Positions 40,269 through 52,057 of a stretch of 64,000 bases of DNA are shown piece by piece; position 1 is the stretch's first letter, and each line of letters opens with the position of its first letter. Both the position numbers and the translations under genes were made by a program. The notes beneath the pieces are model-generated. The model was not told the DNA's origin. It did no database searches and was given only the letters and a program-made list of their open reading frames with translations. This DNA is from Saccostrea cucullata (Eukaryota): positions 248,001-312,000 of the forward strand of contig NW_026929032.1 of assembly GCF_032062105.1 (NCBI RefSeq), written 5' to 3'.

Positions 40269-41190
40269 TTTACAATGGTCCAGTGCAGCATAAATAATTT
40301 ATGTTAATTTGTTCCTTCCTTCATATAAAATCCTGGAAAAGAAATGAATGTTATAAAAGTTAAAAATGAGAATTTTATTGAAATAAATATTCTTGCGCAA
40401 TAACCACACGTCCACAGTTTTAGTGTTTATAAGCATTGTATATAATTATATAGAAAAAAAGTCTTGAGAGATTACTAAAATATACCTAATTTGACTTGTT
40501 TACTTTTTCCGTGCTATATAATATTTCGGGAAGTCTTGCCTACCTGTGCTTAGAGTTAGTAGATTGAAATACACGAACCGCTCGTCGAAATGTTTAACTC
40601 CAAAAACAAACAGGATATTGGATATTTACAAACTCACCAAAATTACAGCTTGTACTTTCAATGGAAAAAATGTTTCCGGAATAATTGACAAAAAAAAATA
40701 TTTAAAATGAAAAAGGATTTTTTTGTTATGATTTTACCAAAATAAATGAAGGACTTTATCGGTTTAACAGAAAAACGCGCTAGAGTATGGTTTCGTTCAT
40801 ACGTAAAAATGCACTGAAAAATTGCGTCAACTGCATGTTTACCAAAAGATAGAAGACTGATCATGAGTTACACCCTTCATGCTCATGTGATCATCATTTG
40901 CCAACTGAAAAAAAAGAGATGGAATGATATCATTGGAAGAAAAATCTATGAATATATACCATTTGAGATTATAAATTAAAACTCTTGGTGATGAATTTCA
41001 TTAATGATATATGCCATAGACTGCAATCTTGATTCTGGACTTATACCTGCCTGGTTTTATTGAATATAAATTTAAATAAACGTGAAATGGGGAAAACTTC
41101 ATGGGAGAAATAGGTTATAATTCTAATTTTTAAAATATTATACATAAAAAACATAACTACAAGATTGGTAAGAAGGATAGTTTTAATGCA

Positions 41191-41192
<2 letters not shown>

Positions 41193-41238
<46 letters not shown>
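41193..41238. repeat. (TC)n microsatellite, ~23 units
   Basis: Directly visible, between the divergent GNAT and orphan genes. Confidence 0.97.
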
Positions 41239-41243
<5 letters not shown>

Positions 41244-41251
41244 AATGCCGA

Positions 41252-41293
41252 TGACATCACTGTTTAATTGACGTAACAAAGCTACTTGCGTCA
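41252..41293 (+). promoter_or_regulatory. Cluster of CRE/AP-1-like motifs upstream of orphan exon 1a
   Basis: TGACATCA (41252), TGACGTAA (41269), TGCGTCA (41287), 70-110 bp before ATG 41360. Confidence 0.35.
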
Positions 41294-41359
41294 TAATCAG
41301 CTGATTTCGGTTGACATTGTGCACAACCAAAACTTCAGGCTTAAGATTTGTTTGTGATC

Positions 41360-44307
41360 ATGGAAGTAAAAGGAGAAGAGGTAGGAAGTATCTTCATCTT
41401 TATCAAATACATGTAATTTTTATAAATGGTTATTACTTAGACGTACTTACTGAGATACACTCGCATCTCATTGTAATGAACGATCGAGTTAACTGTTTTA
41501 ATCCATATAAAGAATTAAAGGTAACTAGTCTTGATTGGAAAACATGATATGCAATTAACAACTGTCATATTCTGAGAGTCATAATCCTTAGTTTTATTAT
41601 AGGGGTAGACATGGATTATCTTTCTTTCCGGTAATTTTTATCATATAATGGTAGCTTATAAATATTTCCATTTTTTTATTTATTTTGCTAAAACAACTAG
41701 TGTTCAATTGAATGACGTCATAATACCAAATGACATCACAATACCAATGTCGTCATAATGCCTTTTGCATTATTCTTGGTTACCGTTTAGTTGCATGTTT
41801 TCTTACGTTGTTCTTTGAACATTACAATGGCAAGTTCATCGACGGTAAGTTGTGAGGAAAATTCTACTCATTACACTCTAGACTGTTACAAGTAACCGAC
41901 TTAATTACATGTGATATCATTTAATTTATATAACGCTATATTCTATAGTATAATACTCCTTGATAATTAACATTTAATTAAATTGGTTTCAGATAGTACG
42001 TAACATCCTCGACGAGGTCCTTTACAAGGTGTACAGATATTGTACTACTGAGTACAGGTATGTAAAACAAATACTAAAATTATATACATGTATTTGATTC
42101 ACTAGCGTCTTTTACAAATATTTTACCAATTCTTTTAAACCTGTTATAGTTCTGGAGATTAAAGTTGGTTTAATTTGTTTCTTCCTCTCAGCGTTCCCAA
42201 AGAACAGAAAAATATGCCCCCTGCTTTACTCGGAGGTTCTGATGACAAAATAGATGTAATTGCAAAACGGGATTTCTACGCGGAGCAACAAATAACGATG
42301 AAAAAGGTAAAATAAAAGACTAGTACTCTATTAAATAAATAATGTTGCAAAGATGACGAATCGAATGCTTTCCTAGAAAAATAAAATCGTTATACCGTAG
42401 ATAGTACTATTTCATCTATAAGGAAAAGCACAATTTACTCCTTGAAATCTTTGAGTGCAGAGGAGCACAATTAAATTAATTGTTGTTTAATATTCATGAT
42501 ATTAATCAACAGATATATCGCAGAGTTGCCCGGGAGACTGTGCGAGATTTAATTATTCTTGCAACAAAACAGGCTAATGCAAGGTAAATATGATTTAAAA
42601 TTGAAAATGTTATATTAATACTAGTAATTCTTTAGATTAAATTGTCTCTTGTCCCTCTAAGCCGTACGACAACAAATATTGTACGTTTCAAGAGAAAAAT
42701 ATGTTAAATATCATGCATACACTGTATTTATGTTGAACTTTTTTTTTGTTTTTGCTTTTAGCCCAGACAAGGGACAATTGGCAACAACTTCACAATTCCG
42801 ATTCGCAAATTACGAAGCACAAAAGTATGCATATCAACAGCAGATGGAAAATAAGAGAGTGAAAATACACAAGGTACATGTCTATTGATCAGAAAAATAT
42901 TTATTTCAAATACCTATAAATTCATAATATATATTTCTTATATTAGAGGTACACACTGAATATGATTTTCTGATTTTTCTCCTATAATGATTATAAGTGA
43001 TTTGTTTTAACTTTCAGAAACTGCAGGTTAAAGTCACAGTTGGATCAGAAATTGTCCAATACACACTCAGACCCCCGACCAATCGTACAAAAGTTGCAGA
43101 AGGAAACATGGAGATACAGAAATCTTATGAAGCCCAGAGGGAAATAACCCCAAAGGTATAAAAGTCATTTGTATGCTGAGTTCACTGGAAATTTAATGCA
43201 TTCTTCTAAATGTAATTTATCTCCTCATACATTCTTCATGGCCGTTGGTCAATAAGACTAGGAAAATATAATTTTTCCGATATATATAGTATTCTGTAAA
43301 AAACACACAATAGAAAAAATACAGTACTGAAATACATGTATATGCAACCCCCGCCATCCCACCATAAACAATTTCTTCCTACGTACGGGCTTACTCTTTG
43401 TAAATTATAAGAATGCATCTTTATATACAGTTGAAATCCGTTTTCACGAATTGCGTTAACTCCCATATCTCGAATACCAGAGATATGTTAAAGTGGGTTG
43501 ACAGTTCCAAACCACGTGCACTTGTTTCGGTAATAAATTTTTAACCCATAGTATAATAATATTTTCTTTATATGTAAACCCCCATGATCCAAATAATTGC
43601 TCGGATATTCTGAAGATTTATACAATGGCGTAAGCGATAGCGAAGTTTGACATTATTCGTTGAATTTTTGAAATAAGAAAGGAGAAAATAAAATAAACTG
43701 ATTTTCATCACCACAGTAGAGATTACACCTATCTTTTTTTCTTAAATAAAGTAATCCTTGACCTAAAATTTTAAAGATTTAGGGCTAGTGTTTTCATACT
43801 TTACATATTTGATCCCTATGACAAGATCTTTCATTTGATAACAATAACTTTGACCCTTTGACCTTGACCTTGGAGTTTGACCCACTTTTACATGAAAATT
43901 TTAAAATTTTACTTTGGCCATATCTTTAGAACAGTAGACACCAGGACAATTATACTTCACATTTGTATTGTTTGTTAAAAGATCTTCACTCGACACCAAC
44001 AACCTTGACCCTTTGACCTTGACCTTGTAGATTTCCGTACTTGTGAAAAAACTTTAACCTTGGCCATAACTTTTGAACGGTAATTAAGGGATAGGGCTTT
44101 CATACTTCATATATGTAATCCTTGTGAAAAGATCCTTCATTGGATACCAAAAACTTTGACCCTTTGACCTTAACCTTTGAGATTGACCTACTTTAAAAAA
44201 GCAAACCTTTACCATACATTTAAAGAGTTAGGGCTAGCGCTTTCATACTTTACACATTTGATCCTTATGACAAGATCTTTCATTTGATAACAATAACTTT
44301 GACCCTC

Positions 44308-44344
<37 letters not shown>

Positions 44345-44848
44345 ATTGAACGCTGACCATAACTTCTGAACGGTTAGGGATAGGGCTTTCATGCTCTACA
44401 TAAGTATTTTTAACATTAGCTTACCTTCAAATTTCACAATTGTTTTCTAGTGCGAATACCCTAAGTTTGGTACCAATTAATTAAATTAGAATTTAAGAAA
44501 TGCCTAATCTTTGCTATGTTGCCATACGGGGGCATCAGTGTTTTACAAACACATCTTGTTTTATACTTATAGGAGGACGATCCCGAGCCAAAAGGCTGGA
44601 GAAAATTATTGTGCTGTGGAAAACCACAGAAAAAACAGGTAAACAGTCCTCTTCCTATCATTTTCCTGTTCATTGTTCTGAAGGCCTCACTCACATATAT
44701 GATCGTGTGATATATTGTATATAAAACATGATAACTGCAATTAAACGTTTAAATAACGTAAATATAATTCTTCTCTCAACAGGCTAAAGAGAAGAGAAAG
44801 AAGTTGGGGTTGCTGAACAGATTGTGCCAATTTTTTGCCCGTCGTTGA
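41360..44848 (+). CDS. Uncharacterised 195-aa protein; exons 41360-41380 (alternative 41827-41844), 41993-42057, 42192-42306, 42513-42583, 42762-42873, 43018-43155, 44783-44848
   Basis: Seven GT-AG exons with matching phases (0,2,0,2,0,0) give a stop-free frame: MEVKGEE/IVRNILDEVLYKVYRYCTTEYS/VPKEQKNMPPALLGGSDDKIDVIAKRDFYAEQQITMKK/IYRRVARETVRDLIILATKQANAS/PDKGQLATTSQFRFANYEAQKYAYQQQMENKRVKIHK/KLQVKVTVGSEIVQYTLRPPTNRTKVAEGNMEIQKSYEAQREITPK/AKEKRKKLGLLNRLCQFFARR*. AATAAA at ~45030. Confidence 0.85.
41713..41755 (+). promoter_or_regulatory. Three tandem CRE-like motifs upstream of orphan exon 1b
   Basis: TGACGTCA (41713), TGACATCA (41731), TGTCGTCA (41748), spaced 17-18 bp, 70-115 bp before ATG 41827. 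Confidence 0.35.
43428..43655. mobile_element. Possible degenerate Tigger/pogo-like MITE
   Basis: TA|CAGTTGAAATCCG...TCTCGAA start and GATAGCGAAGTTTGAC end; TIRs are heavily decayed. Confidence 0.3.
43755..44562 (-). mobile_element. HINE-like element with ~150-bp tandem array (about 4 units) in the last intron of the orphan gene
   Basis: TTGACCCT(T/C)TGACCTT(G/A)ACCTT at ~43850, 44005, 44156 and 44299; terminus GGGGGCATCAGTGTTTTACAAACACATCTTGTT, the reverse of the 24345 terminus. Confidence 0.75.
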
Positions 44849-45211
44849 ATCGTCTGAAATTTGGCCTTAATTATTGATTCTTAGTTTATCATTTTTGTGT
44901 CAGAAGATATTTGAAGATAATATTTAATTAATTCAAAGCATATGTATATGATTTCATTTGGACGACCCACTTTCTATAACGGTTACCATCATTTTGAGAT
45001 TTTAAGTTAAAAATGTGAACATTTTGTTAAATAAATCAAAATTTATGTTCTTGTGTATTTGCTTGGATCTTGAGTTAAAATGCTTTCCTCAAGTGGTCCT
45101 TTCCAGGCATAAGTTCTCATATAACTATATAAAAAAATACTCATTAAAAGTCCAGCCCCCTCATTTTGGTTGTGGTATTGTCAAATATGGTTGATTTAAA
45201 AGTTATTTGAA

Positions 45212-45800
45212 AAAAGAGGTCTACGGGCCTTATAAGTCACCTGGGTATCATGTAACAACTTTACAACAATTGAATTTGATTCGTTTTTTAAACCAAAGGC
45301 TTTGAAATTCTTAATTTTGATAAAGGCACTATTGCTTATCATTACTATTCACTTGCTAACTTTGGTTTCTTAATACCCAGAGGTAGATGAAGGTATCCAA
45401 GAGAAAATTAAAAGCATTTCCACTTTAAAACAAACAGCTCCCCTTCCCACAGGAACCACTGATCCTGGGACCATGCATTTCAAAATTTTATCATAAATTT
45501 TATTATAAAATAAATGGTTGATACCAAAAACCAGATTTCAAAGCATTAATTTATTATCAGACCCTGTGACCCCCCCCCCCACCCACCCCGTACCCCTGAC
45601 CCAGAGGTCCTGTCCTGAAATTAACCATTTTGGAAAAAGCATCTTTCTTCAACATAAATATGTTCTTAAATCATTGGCATATTATACCCAGGACCAAAGT
45701 AAAAGATTTTCAAAGATTTAATAAAATTTCACCATAATAAAAAAGAGTCCCCCTCAAACACCAGAACCCTGACCCTTAACTTATAGACCTTGACTTTGTC
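45212..45800 (+). mobile_element. Truncated HINE-like element
   Basis: AAGAGGTCTACGGGCCTTATAAGTCACCTG start and repeated CC...GAACC(C)CTGACCC...GG units. Confidence 0.45.
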
Positions 45801-45899
45801 AGAAAGTATATTTTATATAAAGTCGAATGCCCGAACCTTACGATGACGGGTGTTTCCGGTCGGGGTTGGTGGGGCCAAAATAGAGAATCCATATGTTAT

Positions 45900-46420
45900 A
45901 CATCGAAGTATCGTTCAAGTCCAGTTCACTTTATCAATTCGATATTGTCGACATTGTATGTTGACATCGTCGACATCGCAAAGTAAAGAATGTTGAATCG
46001 ATATTGAGTTTACATCGTCTTCATTGTTATTGTTTCTACATGTCGACATCGTGATGTAAACAAAACAAATAAGAAGGCAACGTTGACACGATGTCGACTC
46101 GATATTGACCAACATTACGATGTCGACGATGTGAACAATGTAAACAAGAAAAGTGAAAAGATAATGTTGACAAGATGTCGATTTGATATCAACCTACATT
46201 GCGATGTCGAAGAAGTGAACAATGTAATCAACAGAAAAAGAGGAAGGCAATGTTAACATGAAGTGAACTCGATCAATATCGTTTTAATGTTATATATGGA
46301 GAGATAAACTAAGATGTTATCCAACATTGTCAGGTTCAATACTAGTATGTTATGATATAAGAAGTACTGGAACTTTAATACTGCGATGTCAACAATATCG
46401 AAAAACATCGTGCAGTTGCA
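45900..46420. repeat. Degenerate ~70-bp tandem array rich in GATGTCGA/TCGACAT
   Basis: AATGTAAACAA...GAAGGCAA(C/T)GTT(G/A)ACA.GATGTCGA...CATT.CGATGTCGA recurs several times; probably the interior of a foldback element. Confidence 0.6.
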
Positions 46421-46910
46421 CTAACCTCCTTAAAATAATGTTCAGTTTTACTTTGTTTTGCAAACAAGAAACAAATCAAAATATTGTATCAATGCTGTTT
46501 CCGCTTGTGGTGACGGATCGTTGTTAGGAATCTCTCTCTCTCTCTCTAACACTGTTCTAACCATTATAAAAAATATCTTAAATCTAACTGGAGAATGCAA
46601 ATTTAAAAATCTCGTATTATTCGTCAGCGTAGTCAGAAGTGCGTGAAAACAATGAACATGCACATCTGATTAAGATCTAGTATATAAATGAGTTCAAATT
46701 GTATTTTAAACGTCATAGTTGATTTGACTAATTTTTCCCGTTAGGTGCACTTTACGACATTATTAATATGAAAGATATGTATTTAAAAATTAATAATTTT
46801 AAAGAATATTGACTATATAATGTCTTTGCAAAATTTGGTAAGTATTGGTGGCATGGTTAAAAAATCATAAACATTGTCTACGACTTTTTGGGACAACCCT
46901 CGTATATTAT

Positions 46911-48283
46911 GATTTTAAAGTCGTACATTACATGTTAAGGGGCCACAAGGGGCCAGAAGGCTAAATCTTTGATGCTTTATATCTTGAAAGTGAGAAATAT
47001 TTTGACAAGTAATGTTGAACAAAAGATGTTCAAAATAATGTTTTGAACAATATGCAACCTTTCATTTTTCGCTATACGTCCCTTTTAAGGAGTTGAAGGG
47101 TTGGTCCCTAAATATTTCTTTTTTAAATAACTCGAAAACGAAAGAGAATCTCTGAATAGTTGTTGAACAAAAAGTGTTCAAAAATCTAAGAGCTTTAAGA
47201 TGAAACCCAGAAAAAGGGGCTGGACACTCAACTTAGGGGCCAAGAGGGGCTTAAAGTCTTTTTTCGATAACTCTTTAACAGTCAATACTTTGTTATACAT
47301 TACTAAAGCAAAAATGTTTATCTCAACAATCTACAACTGCATAATAGGATTTTAAAGTCGTATATTACATAATTAGGGGCCACAAGGGGCCAGAATGCTA
47401 AATCTTTGATGCTTTATATCTTGAAAGTGAGAAATATCCTGACAAGTAATATTGAACAAAAGATGTTCAAAATCATGTTCTGAACAATGTGCAACCTTTC
47501 ATTTTTTGCTAAACGTCCCCATTAGGGAGTTGAAGGGTTGGCCCCTTAATATTTCTGTTGCAAATAACTCGAAAACAAAAAAGAATCTCTGAATAGTTGT
47601 TGAACAAAAAGTGTTCAAAATCTTAAGAGCTTCAAAATGAAATCCAGGAAAAGGGGCTGGGTACTCAAATTAGGGACCAAAAGGGGCTAAAAGTCTTTTT
47701 TCGATAACTCTTTAACAGTCAAGAATTTGTTATACATTATTGAAGCAAAAATGTTTATTTTAACAATATACAACTGTATATTGTGATTTTAAAGTCGTAC
47801 ATTACATAATAAGGGGCCACAAGGGGCCAGAATGCTAAATCTTTGATGCTTTGTATCTCAAAAGTGAGAAATATTTTGTAAGTAATATTGAACAAAAGTT
47901 GTTCAAAATCATTTTTTAAACAATATGAAACTCTCCATTTTTCGCTAAACATCCCCATTATTGAGTTGAAGGGCTGGTCCCTTAATATTTCTTTTGCTAA
48001 TAACTCGAAAACGAAAAAGAATATCTGAATAGTTGTTGAACAAAAGGTGTTCCTAATCCTAAGAGCTTTAAAATGTTTTGAAGAAAAAAAAAGGCTGATC
48101 CCTGATATTAGGGGCCGTGAGGGGTCAAAAGTCGATTTTAGAAGTCTTTATTGTTCAATGTCTTTTTTGCAGATTATGGAAAATCATTACTTTAGAGTGA
48201 AAAATCTCATTCAAAATCTTATTTCATCTCATCAAGAATCGAACGGAAGACCCACTCGTTGTTCACAACGAGATCGTATCTAG
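46911..48283 (+). mobile_element. Helentron-type element with 437-bp tandem repeat (~2.8 copies)
   Basis: Unit start GATTTTAAAGTCGTA at 46911, 47348 and 47785. The 3' end has ACGGAAGACC, the hairpin CTCGTTG-TTCA-CAACGAG and CTAG followed by TT. Confidence 0.85.
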
Positions 48284-48289
48284 TTCTTT

Positions 48290-49995
48290 TTATTATTTTT
48301 TTGACTTTCTAATTTTGTGCATGCGATTTCTCGAAGACTACTAAATGGAATGACGTGAAATTTTCAGAAAAGATCTGTCGTAACATGAATTTTGTATATC
48401 CGAGAGAAAATTTGGAAACTCACTTCCTGTGCCAAGTTACGGACAATTTCCTGATATTAAAATGACATTTTGTCCGCGATTAAACTCAAAATCGGTAAAA
48501 GATATCAACATGAAACTTTCAGGGATTATAGATCGTGATATATACCATCCAGGACGCGACACTTTGTTCGTTGTCGGTACTTCCTGTCGTAAAGAGAAGC
48601 GAATTGAAAAAATCGTATTTTCTAACTTTTTTGTTTTTCAACATTTTTTATTTATTTTTGGAATGATAATAGAGACCCTTTGATCGATGCTTACTATACA
48701 AGTTGTTTGGATATTGGTTAATCAGAACTCTAGATATTAATATTTGAAAATCTGAAGCGGACCCAAGATGGCGGCTGTCTCTGTCAACTCCGCCATTTCG
48801 CGAGTAGGGGTTTATGGAGGCAGCTGAGCGTTTGACTAAATGATAGATGAAAAGTAAAAAAACTACGTGGACTTTCACCTAGTAGTACCCTGCAATTCAG
48901 TGACAATCTTAAAACTTAATTTCCGTTTTACTGCTTTAGTGTAATTGGGCTAGATACGTGTGTGCAATGTGTTAAATTTACTTTCTTAACGTCGAAATAA
49001 AATAAAAGCGATAGGAAGTTGTTTTATTGAATATTTAATTTCATTGAGGCTATCACACCTATTTGATAGATCAGTCCAAAGGATAGGCAGGAATATTTAC
49101 TCGTGGTGTTTGTTGCCAGATTATGAATAGTGGCCCGCCTTTTACGATTCTTAGACAGGTGTACTGTTGCAGGTGTACTGTATACATAACTATATTTAGA
49201 GCAGTATTCAAAATTTATTAGTTTTTCACAAACGTAACCACTGTGTTTCCCATGCACACTTGAGTCATATTAAACTAATACAAAAGACAGAAATAAGAAT
49301 TCAAAACCTTTTTTAAGTAAGATCGTCTAATGGAGTTTTTTTTAACATTCTTTTCTCAAAGATATTTAAAGTTGAACATTGAACATTGAACATAAATGAA
49401 ATCTGATTCCTTGACCGTCGAAGGGCGAGACATGTCTTTCATCGAACCATTTCTACCTTTTCATGAAGGTGTAAAGAATCGGGTTACCGGGTAGTTCACT
49501 TTGGGGATAAACGGGTAATTAAAAAAAAGTTAAAAATGATTACCATTTTACTTCTTTTGTGTTACTTACCTATATAAGATATAGAATATGTACAATCTGT
49601 TAAATATACTTTCTAAACCTCAAAATTTAGGCTTAAAGAACGTTCCTTTTTTTCATTCTATTGAAGCTATCACACCTATTTAATGAAACACTCCAAAGAA
49701 AAGGCGCGTAGATTAACTTGTGGCGTTTGGCGCGAAATTATAAATAGTGGCGCGCCTTTCGCGATTCTTAGACAGATGTATTGTTGAAGAAGTATATTCA
49801 AGTACATTTAGAGCAGTGGACTCAAACGCGTAATTTAAGCGTGCTGGGAAAAAAGAGGAAAACATCGCGTTGGATTTTCACGCTGGCGACCTGGGTTCAA
49901 TCCTCTTTGTGACCAAATTTTTTTTATCACTTTTAATTTTTCAGCTCGATTTTAGTTTCTTTTCCTGAATCGGACGGAAGACCTCTAGTTTCTAG
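48290..49995 (+). mobile_element. Second Helentron-type element with an internal duplicated block and a tRNA-like segment
   Basis: Ends GGACGGAAGACCTCTAGTTTCTAGTT; blocks ~49040-49205 and ~49655-49817 are diverged copies. Confidence 0.55.
49860..49915 (+). pseudogene. tRNA-derived (Glu-like) fragment inside a repeat; not a functional tRNA
   Basis: Anticodon-loop-like TTTTCAC and T-arm CTGGGTTCAATCC, but no D-arm or acceptor stem pairing. Confidence 0.45.
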
Positions 49996-52057
49996 TTTTA
50001 TTAATTATTCAATTTTTAAAAACGTTGACAAGGGCAGTAACTCCCTCTAAGGTCTCTTCATCCGGGCATTTGCTTTATTGTACTTCTAATGAAAAATAGT
50101 TTCCCTGATATTCACAAATCAAAAGTAGGAAGTAATTAGGAACATTCAGCATCAGAATTATGCATTTTAACCAATTTTTACATATTTTTCATAATACTGT
50201 TTACAAAAAAAATGTGCGATTCTTTTTATGTTGACATACACTTATGTTCATTTACTTTTCGCATCTTAAATAATATGATGACCTATACATTTTTTTTTTG
50301 TAATAATTAGAAAATTTAAAGTATATTGAATGAAAATAAATGCAGTTTTTGAACTTTGAACCCTTAAATTTGTGAGGATGGAAACACCATATAATCAATA
50401 TAAACTATAGTATATTTACCAGTTTAGTTATAACTGCTCGTTGCAAGTCAGTAGACGTGCATGTCTATGATCTTTGGATTATAAGATCTCATTTTCCTTC
50501 ATTCAAATAAATTCTTTGTTTATTAAAAATTAAATTTCATTTCTATTATCTATCCTTACTTTTTATTTTTTAATTTAATAAAATTTTGATTCTAACATTT
50601 TTACTGAAAAATATGTTGAAACTTCATAACATTATATAGGGACAGTAACCAAACAACACCAACTAAAATCATTTTAATATACTCCCAGTAGCTGTTTTTA
50701 TTCTATCTATTCTATGTCGCAGTGATGTCTGGTATTTAAACTCATGGGCATTTGTGAGATCATTCTTAGACATTGCCGCTAAATGTTGCTATGTTGCTCC
50801 ATGCATGGCAGCAGCTTGACTTGCTGGGCGTTAGCCATTGTGGGCATTAGCTCGTCAGTGTGGATGATGTCAAACCACTTTAAGTTATTACCATACCAGA
50901 GAAAAGATAATGTTGCATCAGAATATAAAAACTGTGGGTCTGTAGTTTTAGTGCTTTATTAGTTTTTAATACAAACATTTTGTTTTATATCAATTTTATA
51001 TTTCACATGAATTGACAAAAGTTTCTCCATAAGTTTGATTTTGTTTACAAGAAAGCATCTACTTTTACTGTAAATAATTTTTCTAATTTTCTTTGAAAAA
51101 TACAAAAGAATACATATAAAACAATTAAGAGCTAATGTCGGCCTTTCAACGCTGAAACCATTGCTTAAAAAGGTTGACTCAGAAATAAATAAAATAAAAA
51201 GTTGGTGAGGAATCCCTCTTTAAAACTCTAACTTGTTAGGACATTATTAACACACTGTGTGATTTGTCGACTTATTTTTTTGTTTACTGTCGAGGATCAC
51301 AGTCAGCACACGGCAGGTATGATCCTCCATGGCACCTGATCCAACTCCTGATGTTTTCAGACGCCCTTGTTTGTTCTGCTCATAAAAACTGCAACTCTTG
51401 ATTCCGGCCTACATTTTGCACCCATTTAATTCAATATTAATGACATTTGGCCATAAATCTTTGTTTCATACAAAGAACACATTAATGATAATTGATTTAT
51501 CGTTTTAGTTCCAGTGCGAGATAGTAAATTATAATTAATTACAGCTCTATAAAAATATAAAAAAAATCATTCAAATATGTAAACATTTGAAACTTGACTT
51601 TGATATAGGCGGCAGAACAGTACTATTGCCTTCTTTGATTGTTCTGGAAGACATGTTATCAATCTCCAAGTCAATAGAAATGCTCATAAACAATTCTCCT
51701 GTCCCTCACTAGCATTTTTTAAAAATGCATATGGATACCAGGACTTTCCGTTATCAGGAATAAACACACTATATACCATAATTAGTTTTGCGGAGTGTGT
51801 AGTTACTTGTAGAGTTTTTTTTCCAATTGGAAATTTCACGTACGTTGTTTGTTCAGAATGAAATAAGTCAACGTATACAACAAGTATAAAATACATTGCA
51901 TCGAAGTCGGTGTTCCAACAACTGGTAAATCCAACATTGTTTCTTTTTATGAAGAAAATTTCATTTTTGTCACTGTCTTTCAACGAAGAGACGAAAGTAA
52001 TAATCATTATAGGTAAATAATGCGGCACATGGCAGGTTGGAATGAAAAAAATTAATA

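Noticed and set aside
49860-49915. Functional tRNA-Glu gene
   Set aside because: Only anticodon- and T-loop-like pieces; no cloverleaf; embedded in a repeat.
50715-50900. GC-richer island that might be an exon
   Set aside because: The minus-strand frames I translated contain stops, no long ORF is listed, and I found no convincing splice pair or homology.
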